Shown here piece by piece: positions 62,268-64,000 of a DNA stretch of 64,000 nucleotides. This DNA comes from Phycisphaerales bacterium (GTDB lineage: Bacteria > Planctomycetota > Phycisphaerae > Phycisphaerales > UBA1924), in NCBI GenBank assembly GCA_029260315.1, contig JAJDDM010000072.1, positions 1,357-65,356 of the forward strand, given 5' to 3'. Made by a program: the position numbers and the translations under genes. Below the pieces are notes generated by a model. It had not been told where the DNA came from and ran no database searches. It saw nothing but the letters and a program-made list of their open reading frames with translations. Position 1 is the first letter of the stretch. Each line of letters begins with the position of its first letter.

Positions 62268-62720
62268 CTAGATCCCCTTGCCGACGCGGCTCTCGGCGAG
62301 GCGGACCTTGGCGCGGGCTGCGTGGATGGCGTGGGTGCGGCGTTCCTGGGCGACGCGCCGGGTCTCGAGGTCGCCGTCGGTCGAGAGCGGCGTCGCCTCG
62401 GCCTGCTTGAGCTCGTTCTGGGCGTCGGTGAGGACGAGGGACTCGGCGGGCACGGCGGTCTCGGCGATCAGGGTCAGCGAGCCCTCGGACATCTTGCAGA
62501 CGCCGCCGTCGACGAAGTAGGAACGGCTGCCGCCGGCGGCGGATCCGTCGTTCGGGAAATCGACCCGCAGTTCGCCGGTGCCGAGGCTGGCGACGATCGG
62601 GGCGCGGCCGGGGAGGATGCCCATCAGGCCGTCCCAGAGGGGGATGGAGGCGTAGGTGATCTCCTCTTCGAGGAGCTTGTCGGCGGGGGAGACGATGGTG
62701 CAGCGGAAGGTGTTGGCCAT
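62268..62720 (-). CDS. atpC: F0F1 ATP synthase subunit epsilon
   Basis: FRCTIVSPADKLL, DGLMGILPGRAP, YFVDGGV and LTLIAETA are followed by a helical C-terminus. No atpD lies upstream. Confidence 0.8.
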   Translation of the reverse strand: MANTFRCTIVSPADKLLEEEITYASIPLWDGLMGILPGRAPIVASLGTGELRVDFPNDGSAAGGSRSYFVDGGVCKMSEGSLTLIAETAVPAESLVLTDAQNELKQAEATPLSTDGDLETRRVAQERRTHAIHAARAKVRLAESRVGKGI

Positions 62721-62773
62721 GGGGTCTCTCTTGACTTCCTTGGGGACTTCCTTGGGGCTCGCTTGAGCGTTCC

Positions 62774-63817
62774 GTGGGGGAGGCTGAAACGGGGACGATG
62801 ATAGGGCGGGCGGGCTCGGCGGACGATACCGTGCCTCTCGTGAGCCGCAGGGCCGTCATCACGTTGGTCGTTCTGGTGAGCGTGCTGGGCGCCTCGGCGA
62901 TGCTGCGCCTGCTGGTCGGGGGCGAGGGGCTGGCGCTGCCGGAGATGCGGGCGATCTGGGAGCTGCGGCTGGAGCGGTTGGCCAGCGGCGTGATCGTCGG
63001 CGCGAGCCTGGGGATCGCGGGGGTGCTGCTCCAGGCGCTGCTGCGGAATCCCCTGGCGAGCCCGGATCTGCTGGGGCTGGCCTCGGGGGCGGGGCTGGGG
63101 GTGATGGTCAGCTTCGGGCTGGGGGCGATCGCGGGGACGGTCGGGTCGGCGCTGCTCGGGACGACGGGGCCGGCGATCGCGGGGTCGCTGGGGGCGCTGG
63201 CGATTGTGTATGCCCTGAGCCAGCATCGGGGGTTCGTCGATCCGGTGCCGCTGATTCTGGTGGGGGTGATCGTCTCGATCATCGCCTCGGCGGCGACGCT
63301 GTTGATCCAGAACCTGCTGCCGGATCGGGGGTTGAGTGCGGGGCGGTGGATGCTTGGGTCGCTGCGCGACGGGACGCCGGGGTGGCAGCTCTGGGGCGTC
63401 GGGGCGCTGACGCTGGTGAGCGCGGCGTGGAGCGTGCGGCTGGGGCCTGCGATGGACGCGTCGGCGCTGAGCGACGACGAGGCGATCGGGGTGGGGGTGC
63501 GGCTGGGGCTGCTGCGGGCGATCCTGTTCGTGCTGGCGGGGTTGTTGACGGCGGGGAGCGTCGTGCTCGCGGGGCCGATCGGGTTTGTCGGGTTGGTCTG
63601 TCCGCATCTGGTACGTCTGATGGCGGGGCCGGCGCATCGTCCGCTGGTGATCGGGTCGGCGATCGCGGGTGCGGCGCTGGTGGTGCTGGCCGATGCGTTG
63701 GTGAAGGCGATCGAGGTGCCGACGGGGAGGTTGCCGATCGGCGTGCTGACGACGGTGGTGGGCGGGCCGGTGTTCATCGTGCTGCTGCGGCGGGAGATGG
63801 TGGGGGGGCGGTCGTGA
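62774..63817 (+). CDS. iron-chelate (FecCD/BtuC family) ABC transporter permease
   Basis: LLRNPLASPDLLGLASGAG, GPIGFVGLVCPHLVRL and LPIGVLTTVVGGPVFIVLL are present. The start is GTG 62774 or ATG 62798. Confidence 0.88.
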   Translation: MGEAETGTMIGRAGSADDTVPLVSRRAVITLVVLVSVLGASAMLRLLVGGEGLALPEMRAIWELRLERLASGVIVGASLGIAGVLLQALLRNPLASPDLLGLASGAGLGVMVSFGLGAIAGTVGSALLGTTGPAIAGSLGALAIVYALSQHRGFVDPVPLILVGVIVSIIASAATLLIQNLLPDRGLSAGRWMLGSLRDGTPGWQLWGVGALTLVSAAWSVRLGPAMDASALSDDEAIGVGVRLGLLRAILFVLAGLLTAGSVVLAGPIGFVGLVCPHLVRLMAGPAHRPLVIGSAIAGAALVVLADALVKAIEVPTGRLPIGVLTTVVGGPVFIVLLRREMVGGRS

Positions 63818-64000
63818 CGCGCGTGCTGTTTCTCGCGCCGAGCTTTCTCTCGCGCCGGGCTCATAAGCCGATCCGGGGCGTGGAGATCTTTGATCTGCAT
63901 CTGGTGCGACAGATGGCGGAGCTTGGAGTTCGGGTCTGTGTGCCGGCGGAGCGGTATTGGCGGGGGATCTTTGAGGAGCGGTTTGCGGGGGTGGATGTGG
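63814..64000 (+). CDS. hypothetical protein, N-terminal fragment (runs off the right edge); possibly a glycosyltransferase
   Basis: GTG 63814 overlaps the permease stop. The translation is VTRVLFLAPSFLSRRAHKPIRGVEIFDLHLVRQMAELGVRVCV. Only 62 codons are visible. Confidence 0.35.
   Translation, partial: MTRVLFLAPSFLSRRAHKPIRGVEIFDLHLVRQMAELGVRVCVPAERYWRGIFEERFAGVDV

Overview
High-GC (by eye about 65-70%) chromosomal segment that looks like core genome of a Planctomycetota bacterium, probably Phycisphaerae-like. This placement is an inference from GC-type dockerin tails, a PEP-CTERM protein, a DUF1559-type pseudopilin, an FG-GAP/VCBS protein and flagellar fliD-fliS. I call about 55 protein genes, mostly housekeeping: alaS, sthA, holB, fabH, SCO plus ctaB, ispH, rlmN, hrpA, xseAB, def-fmt, kdsB, smpB, atpC. 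There are two tRNAs (Val-GAC, Arg-TCT) and several hairpin terminators. I see no rRNA, CRISPR, prophage or recognisable defence island. The unusual content is repeat DNA. The window holds at least seven families of short palindromic (REP/REPIN/MITE-like) repeats and one RayT-type HUH transposase gene bracketed by inverted REPs. Most strikingly, five clear in-frame insertions of these elements sit inside essential genes: alaS (1), ispH (1) and rlmN (3, from three different families). All leave the ORFs open. Two marginal cases add to this: a decayed repeat in the 5' end of a protease gene, and a MITE end that supplies the holB stop codon. This resembles the Rickettsia palindromic element phenomenon, which I do not know to be described for this phylum. 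Other observations worth a second look:
- fabH is split by a 1-nt frameshift and has no canonical start codon in frame.
- alaS carries a low-GC patch that adds about 75 residues.
- A 14-copy 9-bp tandem repeat is embedded in a nested palindrome.
- The prepilin peptidase is about twice the normal size.
- atpC stands alone, without atpD.
All functional calls come from motif recognition by eye. No searches were run.
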